Notes under the pieces: generated by a model | The model's input: only the letters and a program-made list of their open reading frames with translations | Told to the model about the DNA's origin: nothing | The model's database searches: none | Made by a program: the position numbers and the translations under genes | Part shown: piece by piece, positions 44,505 through 59,500 of the stretch | Layout of the letters: every line of letters starts with the position of its first letter | How positions within the stretch are numbered: the stretch's first letter is position 1 | Source of the DNA: Lepidodermella squamata | Taxonomy: Eukaryota; Animalia; Gastrotricha | Length of the DNA stretch: 64,000 nt | Assembly (NCBI GenBank): GCA_047495785.1 | Contig: JBLDXI010000056.1 | Location: 434,001 to 498,000, forward strand | Direction: 5' to 3'

Positions 44505-47500
44505 TCAGTTGACGTTCAGAGTGACTCGGGCCGTGGCGCCGGCCGCGTGGCAGGCGTACACGCCGGCGTGCGCACTCGCCGCCGCACTTGCGATGCTCAG
44601 CGTTAGCGTGGTAGTTGTCGAATCGTCAGACTGCGACGACGACGAGGAGACGCCGGCCGGCAGCGAGTCACTCGTCACGCCACTGCAAGTTGCATCCGAT
44701 GTACAGCCGAAGTGCCAATATGCCGAGGCTTTACTAGTCGATTGGATCTAGTAGACGAAAAAAACGAAAAAAAACACAATTAAAATGGTATAGACGCCTT
44801 GATTTCCCCGCGAAACCCGAAAATATCATTAGAATAAGACTATAGGGCTCTATCCTAGGTAAATTTCTCGACTTATTCAACCAGCGCGTTAGCATACACA
44901 CACTTCCTCTGAATGCAGAATTAACCTGCCAAATCTTAAAAAGTAATTGTCACCCAAGGCCATCGTATAACTTGAGCTCTCGCGATTTGTCTACAACTTA
45001 GAACAGCGCTCTTGTGAACTTGAATCAACTGCATCGAATATTGATTTGCTATCGTTGAATTTGACCGAAGAGTCAATTTTTACTTATTACCTGATCCGCC
45101 GTTTTCATCTAGTACAATAGGAAATCCCTCTGGCTTCAGTTACATACCAACCCCTAAAATCTTGAAGTTCGACATTAACGGATCTGTCGACTCCTCTACA
45201 GTAGTTCGGTTAATGTCTTATTACCGTCAGTTTACGTCTGGCCCACTTCGAAAAGGCCTTAATAAAATGGAAGAAAGTTGCTTACTTTGCATGTGAAAGT
45301 AGCGGATTCGCCGGCGCGAACCGTGAGCTCGGCGGGCAGCAGAGGTTCGACGAAAACAGGCGATTGAGGCGGCGGCGACGTCGGCACCTCCGACTGCTGT
45401 TGCTTCGAATGTTTCTTGGAGGAGCGCGGCCGGAAGAGCTTATCCAAGAAGCCGCCCTTCTTCTTTGTTTTCGACTCCTTGTTGCAACTCGAGTCGGACT
45501 TGTTGACGGAGGCACTGCCGCTGGAAGACGACGAGGCGTGGTGCTGGTGGTGGTCGGTGGAGCTGCTGCCCGGGCTCGACTTGTGGCTCTTGAGCGGCTC
45601 AGGCGCCGGAAGACTGCTGTTGTTGCCGCCGCTGGGCATGGTGCTCTGTTTCGGGTCTTGCTTCTTGATGCTCTCGTAGATCTGCGACGCGGCGCCGCCC
45701 GCTTTCGGCGCCGGCGACGCGCCGCCCATCCCGACGGAGCCGAGCTCGAGACTCGCCTTGGGGTTCGACAGCCGGTCGACGAAGCTCTTCTGCATCTGCA
45801 GGATGGAGCGGATCTCCTTGACCCAGGCCGCGGCCGTGTCGGGCGTCGGCGTCTGGAACACGAAGCGCGTCTCGGGCGTGGTCGAGCGGTCGTGCACGAA
45901 GAAGCGCGTCGGCTCGCTGTCGTCCGTGTGCAGCGACATGCGGTTGGCGGCGATCGACGCCTTGAACACGAGGTCGGCCTGGGCGAGCGCGGCGAGGGCG
46001 ACCTTCGTCTTGCGCTCGATCGACTCCGAAACGATGATGATCTGGTCGAAGAGGAAGACGTGGCGCTCGGCCGGCGGGCCCTTGACGTTGTCCGGCTCCT
46101 GCACGAGCAGCTTCTCCTGCAGCAGCAGCTTGCCCTGCGCCGTGATCGACTGCGTGAAGCCCTGCAGCCGCCCGACGAACATCATATCGTTGCACGACTT
46201 GGGCACCACGTGCATCACCTCGATCGCCCGCCGCAAATCAGACGTGTCCACGCCCGCTCGTTCAGTCTACAATCGAACGAAAAAATTATAGTTCATCAAC
46301 TTAGTAACTTGATCGGAATTATACTCAGTTTATTCGAACAAGGGCTTGAAATCTTTCAAACCACCAAAGATTCACCAATTCAGCAAACTGTTGCATCGAA
46401 ATTTCGAAAATTCAGAATCTTTACCGTCAAGGCCCAAGACTCGAACCAAACTCGGAGGTCATTTTATAAAAATCTTATCAATTCAAACACAAGGGTAAAA
46501 TACTGTGTGGGATTCAATTTTTGGTTGATTTTAGTTCTGGTTTTTTCGGAAACGGCCCGAAGTAATCAATGTTGGCATTAGGTTTGCATGTTTCCAATTT
46601 TCGGTGATTCAGGAAAATCAACAAAAAACAGAGCCATATACAATGCTCCGATTCTAAATGCCCAAATTGCGTAGACTAAGCTATACGACAGGGCTTATCA
46701 ACCCAAATCATCGACGAACACAGCAAATTTCGTTTAAGAATGCCACGACCACAAATACGTTTTCAAATTGTCCTATTTTTTAATTAACCCAGCCCTTAAA
46801 CTTGAAAAAACCGGACCTGAAATTCGGAATTTCTCAGCTGAATGCGAACATTTTCACTCGATTTCCTCTCGCCGTTCCGAAAATTTACAAAATATTCTCT
46901 AGACTAGTATCTTTAGGATACCCCCTGTTTTCTCCTTTTCCGAAGAAATTTGTGTCTAGTTTTAACAATAGTCGCATTCTAACCATCAAAAGGCTAAAAT
47001 CTTTCCACATGAAATCTATCAAAAGATAAAAAATAACCCGAGTACCAACCTGTTTAAAGATGTCCTTGATGAGAAGCTGGTACTTCATGATGCGCTGCAC
47101 GGGCTTGATGAGCAGATCGGCGACGTTGAGGCGGTGGCCGAAGCGCACGCGCAGCTCCTCGAAAAAGTCGAGGAAGTCGGCGACCAGGTAGTCGGCTTTC
47201 GGCTTGTTCTCGCAGTACTTGACGTACATGAGCAGGCGGCGCTCGTAGCGGTTGAAGGCGGACGCGATGAGCGCGCCCGCGTCCTTCGCCGAGCCGATGG
47301 CGGCCGGGTCGACGCAGCGCTCGATCTCGGGCAGGAACGTGTCGCGGTGCCACTCGTAGATCTGCTCGATGTTGCCGAACACCACCTTGTCCTTGCCGGC
47401 GAGGCCGTCCGGCAGCGGCCCCGTCGCCATCGTCGTCTTGTAGTCGTTGACGATGAGGCCGAGGTCCTTCACGTAGTCGCGCTCCGTGTCCACCAGCTCC

Positions 47501-50500
47501 TGGATTATGTACCGCCGCTTCAGCAGCGCCTGTTCCTTCTTCGCGTCTTCGGCCGAGGCGGCGGCGGTCGCGGCGGCACTTGGCGCCTCGCTCGTCGAAC
47601 CGCTCGTACTGCCGCCTGGAGCAGAGAAATCACACACAAAGTTGAGTAAAATGCACGAATTCATTTCATTCAGCAAAAAATGAAGCGAAATGGAAAATCG
47701 AACTTGGATTGAGCTGCTATTTATAAATTTAATCGGAAATTAAACCAGTAATCCTGTGACAACTCCCACCCTCCTTCCCACTCCTACGACTTACACCTAA
47801 TAATAGCTAGTAATATCGATTCAAATCCGATTATAGACGCCGCTGATACAGATCAACAATACGGATTAAGTCCGAGAAATCGCGAAATTGAATAATCCCA
47901 GCGAGATTAGAAAATTCTAACATTTTTAAAACTTCAAAACAAAGATTTTTGAATCTTATTTATGCACTAATTGAATTCCCAGAAATTGATCGTCAATAAT
48001 GAAAAATAATTCCGGCAGAAAACTTACTAGGATCGGGAGGCTGGGTGTCCGATGGGCTGGCTAGCGGCGATTGCGGAGGGTTTTCTTCGCTCATATCAGA
48101 AGTTGCAGTCGTAACCGGAGCAGGTTCAGAATTCGCATCGGCAGCCTGGTTCAACAGACAAATTAGTCTTGGGTGGGTTCAACTTCTGTTTCGTTCTGTC
48201 TCTCTTTCTAACGGCGGCGAGGTGTAGTTGGTACTTATGTAAGTAGGGTGTGGCTAGACGACAAGCAGCATCACCGACGACATTCACTAGCTATATTAGT
48301 CGACAATTACTGATTAATATATAAGCTAAATGATGAGGAAACAACATTGACATTATCAGAGGGAGAGGTTAAAATTCAGCATGTAGAGCAGGTAAAGTTT
48401 AGAGCGAAAATCGCGTTTTTATTGCGTATTTTTTCTTCATAGTCTTCGCAAACAAGAAAGATCTTTGTTGCATCATCGTTGAACAAAACTTCTCAGATCA
48501 AAATGTAAGGCCTCAGAGTTGTACATACACATAGGTAATCGTTATTATTATTATTATTAGTCAAATTTTAGTACGATGCTGTGTGGCTGTGATTGCGAAA
48601 AAATAAGAAATAATAATGGCGGCAATGAGGATGATAAAAACAAACTAAAAGGCGTCTACAACACGTTGTTTGCGCGCGGCTAAATGGAAATGCTAATACA
48701 GCAAGAATGCGATCTATTGAAAAATTCACGGCGGCGAAGTTGGACGTTGAATGAAGTCGCCACTGCGCCCGCTCGCTCGCTCGCTGAATGAGCGCGCGCG
48801 CGCAGTATAACACAGTAATAAATTATGAATTGGGTCGGTCTTTCGCTCCGAGTCTAGCGGCGGCAAGCAGGCAAGCAAGCAGGGTGAGATTGATTGACTG
48901 ATTGACTAATCATCATCATCACGATCATCATCAACATTGAGCAATTTATATAGAAAAAACGAAGTCGGGAATGGCGGTGACTAACAACAACAAAACCGGC
49001 GACAGACACGCACACTATCGGGGCGGTGGTGTTACCTGGTCGCTGTTGCCGCCGCTGCCACCTGTTGCGACTGCGACTGGCTCTTCACTACTGGACATAG
49101 CAGTGGGATGCGCACTATCCGTTTCTCCTTCTTCTGCTGTAGTTGTTGTTGGCACACTGACAGAGGGCGGGGCGGGCGGCAGTTGCTGCTGCTGCTGCTG
49201 CTCCTCAGCTGCTTCGTCGGCAAAGTCCGCGTCCGCTACCGACGGCAAGTGAGCACTGCTCGTTTGAAACAACTAGACAAAAAAACCGAAAAAAGTGTAA
49301 CAAAAAAGTCAGGGTTTTTAGGTCGAGAGAAAACACGCGAATTTTTTCGAGCGGAGCGCGCGATCAAGATATTAATTGAATAGGATCCTAATTAGCCGCA
49401 TGACAGGCAACCGTGATGCCAACGAAATGTCGTATATCTAGGATATAACTTGAAATATCTTCACATTCCGAAACCCAAAAGGGGCTGAATTGTGAAAATT
49501 AGCAATTTTACAACGCTTTCCAAAACAAAAAATTTATGACTCAAGAAAACGGATCCTTAATTAGATTCCTAATAAGATGAAGCTCCAGGAAAATGATCAA
49601 GTTTAAAGTGAGATGCGTAGTTCACCGCACCCGACTAAAAGCCTCCTGAAAACCGCTAAAAGGTAGCAATGCTTGTAGATCAAACTTCCGACTGAAAACT
49701 AAACCTAGTAAAGAAAAATGATCAGTTAAGGTGGATCGCGACAAATTTAATCGGGTAAAAAGGTTCAATGCGTTTCAACTCAAGTAAATTCAGTTGAGAT
49801 GAAATGTGTGCAATTGCCGAGAAATAAATGCAGATGGTTCGATTTTAAAGATTAGGATGCAAAACTGGTCAATGACTCAGCTAAAATAATTTGACTTGAT
49901 TGAAATTATTCCAAATTTCCGTCCATTACAGATCACCAAATCACAGACAGCATTCATTATTAGAGCTGAATGACATAGGTATTTGAGAAAAACTAGAGCA
50001 AACTGACAATTTGCGGGTGCTTACAAAACAGTAGCCTGGTAGTCAAATAGTGCGCAGCATTAGATTTCACGTTTTGTCAACAAATTTAACAAATGCAAAT
50101 ATTTAAATCGATTTCTCCGTGTTCCAGTTAAAACAACAGAGAAAGCGGTTCATTACTACTCGAGTTGAATTCGCGTTTTTTCGAGAACGAATGAATGGAG
50201 TCAGGGTGGGCACGCAGCAGTCGCTAATGAGGCACAGAGGTAGGCTAGTAGTAAGTAGTACTAATATCAGCCAACACACCTGCCGAGCGATAAAAACTTC
50301 GCAGAGGAAAAGCAAAATACATGCGAGGCGATAAAAAGCTACCTGCTGCTGCTGCTGCTGCTATCGATATCTAATACTACTACTACGACTACAAAGGTGG
50401 GCCTGTGTTGTGAACAACAACAAGTAGACACGTGAGGATGATCTCAACACAGCAGCGTGTAAGAAATAGAATCTGCGATTTCGATCGCTAGCGGCAGCCG

Positions 50501-53500
50501 AAGCAGGAAGGCAGCGGACTGCTGTGCGGCGACAAAAGCGAACAATTTATTGCGAATCTTTACCACCACTACTCCTACTACTACTGCTATTACTACTACA
50601 CAACTAAAACACAGTGTTATTTTATAGTCGGGCGCATCAGCCTATGAAAGCGTATACACACACATAGTATGTGTATGTGCGCATGGTGAGGGTGAGTGAA
50701 AAATGCGAGAAAAAGAGAATGTGTGTGTGTCGCCATCGATCGATCGATCGATAAATATCGCCGTTGCCGCGAAATGCAATAGCAAGCAGCCGCAGCAGCT
50801 CAGTGCACAAGCCGTCGTCGTCGTCGTCGCCGCTGCGATGAGCAAGAAAATGACGAAATTTCGGCACACTCGCATAAACAAATAATAATATTGCGATTTG
50901 ATGCCGGCGAGCGAAAAGAGACACAGTAATCGAATCGTCGTCGTCGTCATCGCCCCGTCCCGTCCGCGGCCCAGAAGACGCATGAAATGCGGTTACAAAA
51001 ATAAGACAACGCAAGTGGGCTGCTGCTGCTGCTGCGGCGACGACGACGATGACTGTGGCCAATCGAAAGGTGCATTGAAAAATACCAGCAGTTGAATGGA
51101 GGAGGGGCTGGGCTGATGATGCCCGCATCACGCAGCAGCAGCAGCAGAACAGCAACAAGCAACAACAGCGAATGCACATGTTGAATACGCCGCGCAGATG
51201 GATATGCAGAGAGAGAGGTATACACATACATGTGTGTATACGCAGATTTTGACTCTGGCTGATTATCACGAGCAGAAAAACGGCGGCGCTCGATCTTTCG
51301 ATCGCTCTATACCTACCACCGATATATCTGCTGCTGCTGCTGCGTTTTTATTATAAGGCTGGCAGCAACGGACCAGAAAAAACCGGCCGCGTGCGCGCGC
51401 GCTTCTGCTAATGATTAGCGCGCGGCGAATAAAATCGCGCTGCGAGATGTGTGGTAGTAGCAGTCGTAGTAGTAGTAGCCATGAGGCGATTCACGTAATA
51501 ATCACGATGAGGAATCACGCAATACCGAAGGTGCGCCCAGCTAATCGATATTCGATAATGGGCGGCCGGCTAAGAGTTTTTTGCGATTTTGCGCAAAAAA
51601 AACCGTGACCTAATCTAGGCTCTCGCTCAAGTCGTTAAAAAGCGATTCACCACCACGCGCCGCGCAATGCGTTATTACTGACCTGTGACGAAAGACTGAG
51701 CGGGATGGGTACGGCTGAGGAGGAGGAGGCTGCTGATCCATTAGAGCCCATCGCCATCGCCATCGCAGGTAGCGCCGATGGTTCGGAAATGATGCGGGCC
51801 GGTGGCTGCAGGCTCGCTTTTCGCATATTCGACGCCGCGTTCGAAGAACCACCACCAGCGCCGCCAGTGCTTGATGATGTGTGGCTGAGGTCGACCGATC
51901 GCCGGGCACTTGGGCTGTGGCTGCTGCTGCTGTTGTTCGTCGGAGGCAGCGTCATTTTGTTGAACTGTTTTCACAAAACACACAAATTATTTCAGTTGAG
52001 AGCGAGAGAAAAAGTTCGTGGAAAATTACATCGCTCGCACAAATCATACTCGCTTACTCAGCTGAAAACTTGATAACAAATGTACAGACACTGTATCGCG
52101 CACAGACTAACAAGTCACGAAAGTCAGAATTCTCAAATTAAATTAAACGCTGACATGACACCTTGATACTTTATAATCAGCTATAATGTCAAGTGAAAAT
52201 AGCGACTCTCTGACGTCTCAGATTGTCTATCGCATTTCCGCGTGATTTTTGCAAAGGGTCCTTCATCCTTCAGTAACGGACGGTTTCCGTGAATTTAATT
52301 TCGCATGTCTATGCATTTCAGACAGAATGTATCGTAAAATTAAACAAAATTATGATCGCTTGACGTATTTGAAACTATCGTCACCTGTTACTAAAAAAAG
52401 GGCTACCTGGCTGATAAACAGACGATGCAAAGCAAGGCCCTCCGCTCTGCAGAGGATACCCACGTTGAGCAATTCAGATCAGGCTGACGAGAAAACAGGA
52501 GTGTCCGAATGAGTTTATTTCCCAGTGAAATGAGCCCACTTATGCATAGGCATAAATTTGGTGATTGCTGGCTAACTCAGCTAGATAGTGAGTGGCAGTG
52601 GGGGACATTGGAAAGGCCGAAATGAGGAGACTTAGAAACCGGGAAATTTCGGCGAATGCTCCCGCTGATTCCTGCCTCAGTACCTTCAGATTTTAACATC
52701 ATTAAACACTGTCTACAGTTAGCCCCATTTTACGCATACAGATGAGCCAATCAGCAGAGCTAGACATCACGTACTCGTCCGTGTGCGATATGCCTTGATA
52801 GTTACTCTAACTTAATGTCTTCTCTGTCCTCAACCTCTGCAGCAGTCCTATATCTACCTACTTTTTGCATAATAAATCGTCTATCTGTCCTCTCTTGAGC
52901 GCTAAAGCTTCAAAACACATCATGAATTATTTGATCAATACTTGGAATACACTGACAATCAGACGTTAGACGTTAAATATCAGTTGGCGCTGACATTTTT
53001 ACGACAATCAGCCCTCATCACATTTGAGAACAGCGACGGCGTCAAATTCGAATAAAAAATGCAGAAAGCCAAAATGTATTGGCAAGCTGTTCGAGTAATG
53101 CAACAATTCAACGGCACTTCTTTCGTTCAATTGCTCGAGATTCTACTGGCTTGTAGCAAAAAGATCTGTTTCAAATTGCCTTGATTCGATATATCGTAGC
53201 ACAGGCATAACCCAACTTGACCAAAATTGAAAAATCGGAAAATAGCCATTACCTGGTCGGCGGCTGAACGACGCGCGGCGAGTTGTGCGGCGACAGAGGG
53301 CGATTGCGGCTGTTTGATGCGCCGCTTGCCGGAGAACCACCGCCGCAGACTCGCGACCGTTGTCTCTTGCTTTACCGCAACCGTCGCTTTGCCCGAATCC
53401 AGCAAAACCGCACTCGATCGTTGCGTTTGCTGTTGATAGAACAGCTGGTTGTGATGGCCACTGGGCGATGCGGCTGAGCCCCGCTGGTCGTCGGCTGTCG

Positions 53501-56500
53501 TGCCGCTGAGACTGCCGACCGACTTGGCGCGCGACAACTGGCACGTCGGGATAAAGAAGTCGTGGGCGGCGACGCGGATGACGCTCATCTCCGGCTGCCA
53601 GTCCACCACCTCCACGTGCTGGCCCTTCGTCAGCACCACGTTGTTGTTGCTGTTTTCGAAGTCGCCGCCTCCTGTTGGCGAAGTCGGTGTTACTTCGTCG
53701 CATAGTTGACCGTTGATATTGCTAGCCTGGTTAGTGGCGTTGTTCAGTGGCAGCGTAACGTCCGCCAATAGAATGGCACATTCGGCGACATTCTGTTCGT
53801 TGAAAAAAGAGTACAGAAATCAAGATAAACGAATTGAACTATTGGAATCGAAATTATCTCGAAAATTGGCTTTTTTCCGAATACTACTGTTGCACAAAGA
53901 AATGCTGCTACAAATTATTCAAATTAGATGCACTATGGTTGATTTCTAATCAAATCTTTCCCCATCATTCCCAAACTAATGACATTACCAAATTAATGAA
54001 AGATCCGTCAACGTTCAATGTTCAATCCTAAAACCCCTAACTCGCAGCCAAGCCCCAGATTTCCAAATTTCGAACCGGAACTCTTAAAATTAGAAACCCG
54101 GTAATTCTGATTCGCCGATTTTTGAGGGGTTATTATCAATTTACAAGTAATATCGGCTTTCCAGCTTGAAGCCTTGCATATAAGCACTTTGACCATAACT
54201 CAGACCAGGAGCGACAGTGTTACCTTTGCTGGCGGTGCAATAGCTGGCTGTTCTGCGTGTAGCGGTTCGACTAAACGGGTGTGGCGACTCGCATGTGGCC
54301 GCCGCAGTGAGAAAAACCGGCGCACATTCATGGCGATGAAAAACTAGGTAGGAACAGGCTGAATATGCTGACGCTGACTACTGACTACTACATAAATCGC
54401 TTTTCTAGACTGGCTAGGCGGTCTTTTCGCAATAATGGGCACTTCGCCCGATTTCACGCGCGCGCGCTTATCTCGCCAGCCGCATATGGCTCGCGACATT
54501 TCCTATATATATATACGATGATGTTGTAATAATCTCGCAGATGATATTATCATCATTATTATTAGTAGTATTAGTATTATTGGGTATATTTTGACTGGGG
54601 TGAAATAAAAACAAAACGTACACGCTCATCGATCGACGACGTATCACCGGCACTGTTCGTCGGATCGGTCTGCGAACCAGCATCGTCGTTATCCCTAGAC
54701 AAAAAAGAGAATAAAACAGTTCAAGTTCACGATGAATAAAATGCCCCTTCAAATAGTATTGCTACTTGGAGAGTAAGCCGTAAGTACTTCCGGATATAAT
54801 TTTTTGATAAAATTTGAATGTTTCAAGAAGGAAATATTGAGCACCGTTTGGAGCCTAGACGAGCTAATTGAGACCAGGGAATGAGCAAATGAAATTATAC
54901 ACTACATTTACTCACAAGTTCTACTTCGTCTCAGAAATTGGACCTTTTTATCCGCGAAGTTGGCTCCCATTCAAGACGGTCAATTTCGGCAAAATTTATG
55001 GGGAATTATATTTCGGCAACAAAGTTTCCAGATTTATTGAAGAATCGGAGTCAAGTCTCAAGAAATAAATTGTTACCACAAGAACTACGCTGGAATCGGA
55101 TCTGTTTCATTCATTTCGCACTAAACGAAAGACTTCGGACTTCGAAATATAACAGCAAAACATCAACAATTTGTTAAGTTCAGTGTTAGAGCATGAATGA
55201 CTTCACTTATGGCTTTTTTTCGTCCCCATAAAAACTTTAATGTGTCACGTTGCAAAAATTAAAATCTACGTCATTCTAAGCTTTAAAAATCTCAAAAATT
55301 CCAAGCCTAACATTGCTGTGGAAACTTACGGAGCTATGGCGGCGGTTGCGAGTTGCATGAGGTTGTGCCGCGAGATGGCGTGTTTCATGGCCGTGAGCCG
55401 CGACCGCTGCAGCTGCTCGACGAGGCGCGAATCCGGCAGATCGACGAGCCCGCGCAGCAACTCGCGAATCTTGCGCACCCACAGCGCCTTCACGTCGGGC
55501 CGCTGCGACTTCAGCACAATGCGCACGTCGTCGGCACACAGGGCGAACCGACAGTCGCTCGGCTCGGACTGGTTCTCGTCCACCGAACCCGGCTTCGCGT
55601 CCACGTTCTCCAGCACGGCTAAATCCCGCAGTGGTAACTGGCTTTTGAAGACGTACCGCATCTTCGCGGTTTGCTGCGGCACGGCTTGTTGCGACGAATT
55701 CTGCAGCGAAGTGTTGGTCTCCTTCGAAAACACAACGCAGCCGTCGAAGAGGAACACGTGCCGATCGCGGCCCTTCCGAATCGCGCCCAACACCCGATCT
55801 CGGCCAGACCACACTGTGAACACGTCCTGTAGGTGCAGTTCGCCGAGGGTGGCCTCGCTTAGGCTGGGCGGCAGGCCGACTAGTAGGGACAAATGAATGG
55901 CGTCATTGGCTTTTTTCGGCACGTTCGTCATCACGTCGAGCGCTTCCTTGATTTCGCCATTCACGTCGTCGCAACACGCCAGCAAATCCTTCAACAGCAA
56001 CTGGTACTTCGTGATGCGCTGAACCGGTTTGATCAGGTACGACCCGATCGGGTCCAGCAAACCGGCCTGAGCTTGAATTTCGTCGAGGAAACTTGACCCA
56101 TTCGCGAGTAGCAGCGCGTCAGATTCCGGCTTGTTCTTGCAGTATTGCACGTACAGCACGTTGAAACGATCGGCGAAAGTGACGAAGACGTGGCCCATGT
56201 CTTCGGGCACATCTTCGTACACCTCGAGGTGCTTCAGGAACACGTTGGCGTGGAAGGCGTGGATTTCGGCGAGGTTGCCGAACAGCACGTCGCCGCGGCC
56301 CGCCCACTGCGGTGGCACTTGGTTCTGGGTGAAAATTGGCACGAAGACGCGCAGGCAAATTTCGAGGTTTTTGATGTAGGCTCGTTCGGTTTGAATCAAC
56401 TCGCATACGATGTAGTCTTTCCGCCGCGACAACTTCTTTGCCTTCTCCGTCTCGGCTGACGGCTGCTGTTGTTGGGCGATTTCCGAATTCGACGATGCGA

Positions 56501-59500
56501 TTGATTGCGGCACTGAGTCACCACCAGCAGTACTACTGCCCAGGCCGTCGTCGATCAGAGACGATAGCACGCGACTCGCTGCTTTTTGCAACGGCTCCAC
56601 CGATCCGCTGATTTCGTTTTCAATGCGAGCAATCCACGCTGAAATGTCACTCGAATGCACGTGTTGTCGCGTGTTCTGCGAGCCAGTCAAATGGCTACTG
56701 CTGTTGCTGCTGCTGTTAGCCGAATTTCGGCCGTTGTGCAGATTTTGCTGGTGCTGGTGGTGTTGTGTCGTTGCAGTGACTAGGCGCCGGCCGACTCCGA
56801 CCAGCGAATCGGCGTGTTCACGCAGTTTCCGAGTCGATTGAATCACCTGCAAAGTCACACATTAGAGTTTCAGAGTTAGATTTTCCATTAAAGAATATCG
56901 CAAATTTGTGCATAAATGTCGTCTCAAATCCTGGGTGAAAAAAGCTTGGGTGAAATTTCAAACCCTTTTAAATTTCATTTTAGAGTAGTTTTGATCCACA
57001 ATCCACAAGATAAGCAATATCGACAGTATCGCGTTAAAATTAGCCAAGTCGACTCATGTCGTTGTGGAGTCGATATTGCCAATTTCTTCAAGTCATAAAG
57101 TTCAAGGCGTTTCAGCTTTTTCCAACTAAAGGAGGTTCAGCTAATCAACAGAATATCAAATTTGTGTACATTTTTGCTGGAGTTTTTCTACTCGACTACT
57201 GTTTGCTTCATTTACATATTTCATTTTCGGACGAATTGCCATAGTAAGGTCTAGCTTCATCAGATAGACTTCTCCGCTCTCACCTATTATGGACCAAAAC
57301 GAAAATAGGCTGTAAAATTACCTCTTCAGCGTCTTTTTTTAGCTCAGGCGGCGGCGAAGGGGCCGACCGAGCCGCTGGGAGGAACCCGCGGTGGCGACCC
57401 GCAGCCTCGGCTACTCGCGTCAACACATCAGCGGCGGAGAGTTCGAACAGCGCAAACTGCAGGCACTGCTCCAGCGCCGTCTGCTTCTCGCACCAGCAGT
57501 TGAGAACAGCCTCTTCCAGGGCTAGCAGCCTCGCCAGCCGGTCTCGAACCGCCGCCTCGGGAGACCCGCCCCTCACCAGCTCACGCGCAGATTGGCCGTG
57601 GAAGTAGTGCTGCGCGACGTAGTGGTCCAGATGCTTGAGAAACGCAGCCGCCCTCCGCCTGGCCAACGTACACGCCTGCAGAAACTCCTCCTTCTGCCGC
57701 ACATGCTTCTCCTTCGCAGCCTCGAGCAGTTGCGCCCGGGTTTGGTCGACAGTCGACTGAGCGGCTAGCTGCTGGCAAACATCGCCCGCACTGCGGTACT
57801 CGGCTATCAGCGATTCGAGGACAAGGAACACGCGTTCGACGGTTTCGTACCACTGTGCGGCGAGCGAGGCGACTTTTCGCCGGTCTTTCCACTTGCCGAG
57901 CAGTTGCTCCCACTTGTCGACGATTTGTTCGGATTTCTGGTGCAGGATCGGCAGGTCGCAGCCGGAGTCGACGAGCGCCTGTATCGACTCGACGACCCCA
58001 TTTGCGGCCGCCATGGCTGGGGCCATTGTTTTCTCGAAGAACCCGTCCAATTCAGCTGTGGTCCGCTCGGCTTCGGCCTTGTCTCGAGGGCACGATGACG
58101 AGAATACCGATTCGGATGAGCCTAAAATAAAAGATTTTTTTTACAAAATCATTTTCGCAACAAGAACACACGGCATTTTAGTATCGATTTCACAATTCGA
58201 TATACAAATCGAATACATGTTGTCCCTAAATTTAGGCAGCAATTTTCGAACATGATCAACATTGGAAATTTCGCCCATGGGTATTCAGGTGTATGCGCTA
58301 TTGCAGCTTAATTCTGTCTGATCTTCTCTAAGCTCGAGTTCATGGTATCATTAAAATGACGCATGGTTATAGGTGTAATCCGATTAGTAGGCAGATAGAC
58401 TCAGTACTACACATTTTCTTGATAAACAAGGGATAAGCCAATACAATGTGTCTGGAGAATGAAAATTAACGAAAAATTTAGACCCATAGCCCAATTTTGA
58501 AAATTTCGAAAATCGAAAAATGATCTGGAATTCAGAAAGTTAGATTTTCGGGCAGAAATCAATTGGAAAATAAAAAACAACTAAATAAAAATTAGTGAAA
58601 AATTCTGTACCTAACAAGCCGTCGGCATTTCGCAGTAGGAATAGCGCATGGGCGTGTTCGGACTCGAGCTGCACGAGATGGCTCATCTGTTCGATGTCTC
58701 GCCGGCGCCGCGACACGTTCTCATCGGCGACCGACTCGGCCTGACACGCGGCGAGCAGCAACGAGTCGATGTAGACCCTGGCCAGGACGAGGCCACTCGC
58801 ATCCGGGCTCGAACCCCCGGCATTGTTCGACAGCGAGTTCGATGAGGCTGATCGGTTCGACTGTTGCTGATTCGATTGCTGTTGATTGCTGTTAGTCATC
58901 TGCTGCTGTTGGTACGAGGAGGACGAGCGAATTCGCAGTTTATCCGCAAACCCGGCTGTTTCGATGAGTTTCCGCAGCTCAGCGGCGATCGAGGCGATGC
59001 GTTGCCGCGTCTCCTTCAACTCGGCCATTTTATCGACAACAACCGCCAACTGTCTCGCCGCTTGTTCGATCGACGGCGCTGACATTGCAAGGGAGGTGGG
59101 GCCTAGGATGGGCCCACCTGAGGCTGAGGTGAACAACGCTCGGGACATTTCGTCGAAGCCTAGCATGACATCTCGAATGTCGTCCTCGAGTAGCAGGACT
59201 TGGAAGGCGAGGGTCAGCTTCTGGATGCGAACATCCCAGCGCGATTTGTAGTCGTCAGCCATGACCTGAACCTTCGCGAGAACCACCCTGGTCCGTTCTA
59301 GATCAGCCTCAACACCGGAATTGCCGGAATTATCAGACGACGATTCATTGTTATTCATCGATAAATTAGCTGCGTCGCGTTGCTGAAGCCGCAACACGTC
59401 GTGGCCTTCGTCGAGCGTGCGCTGGATTGCCTCCAGCGTGGAGACGCGCTGTTGCTGGTACTCGAAGATGACCTCCTCGAGTTCGGCGGACCCGCCCAAC

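Noticed and set aside
45364-46581. Long + strand ORFs opposite trio and piwi exons (also 36569-37315 and 62727-63500)
   Set aside because: Antisense shadows of GC-rich coding exons with no independent domain signal.
55326-55330. Stop right after the PH1 exon, read as a GEF1-only trio isoform
   Set aside because: Any phase-2 gtaag donor gives an in-frame TAA, and there is no independent poly(A) evidence.
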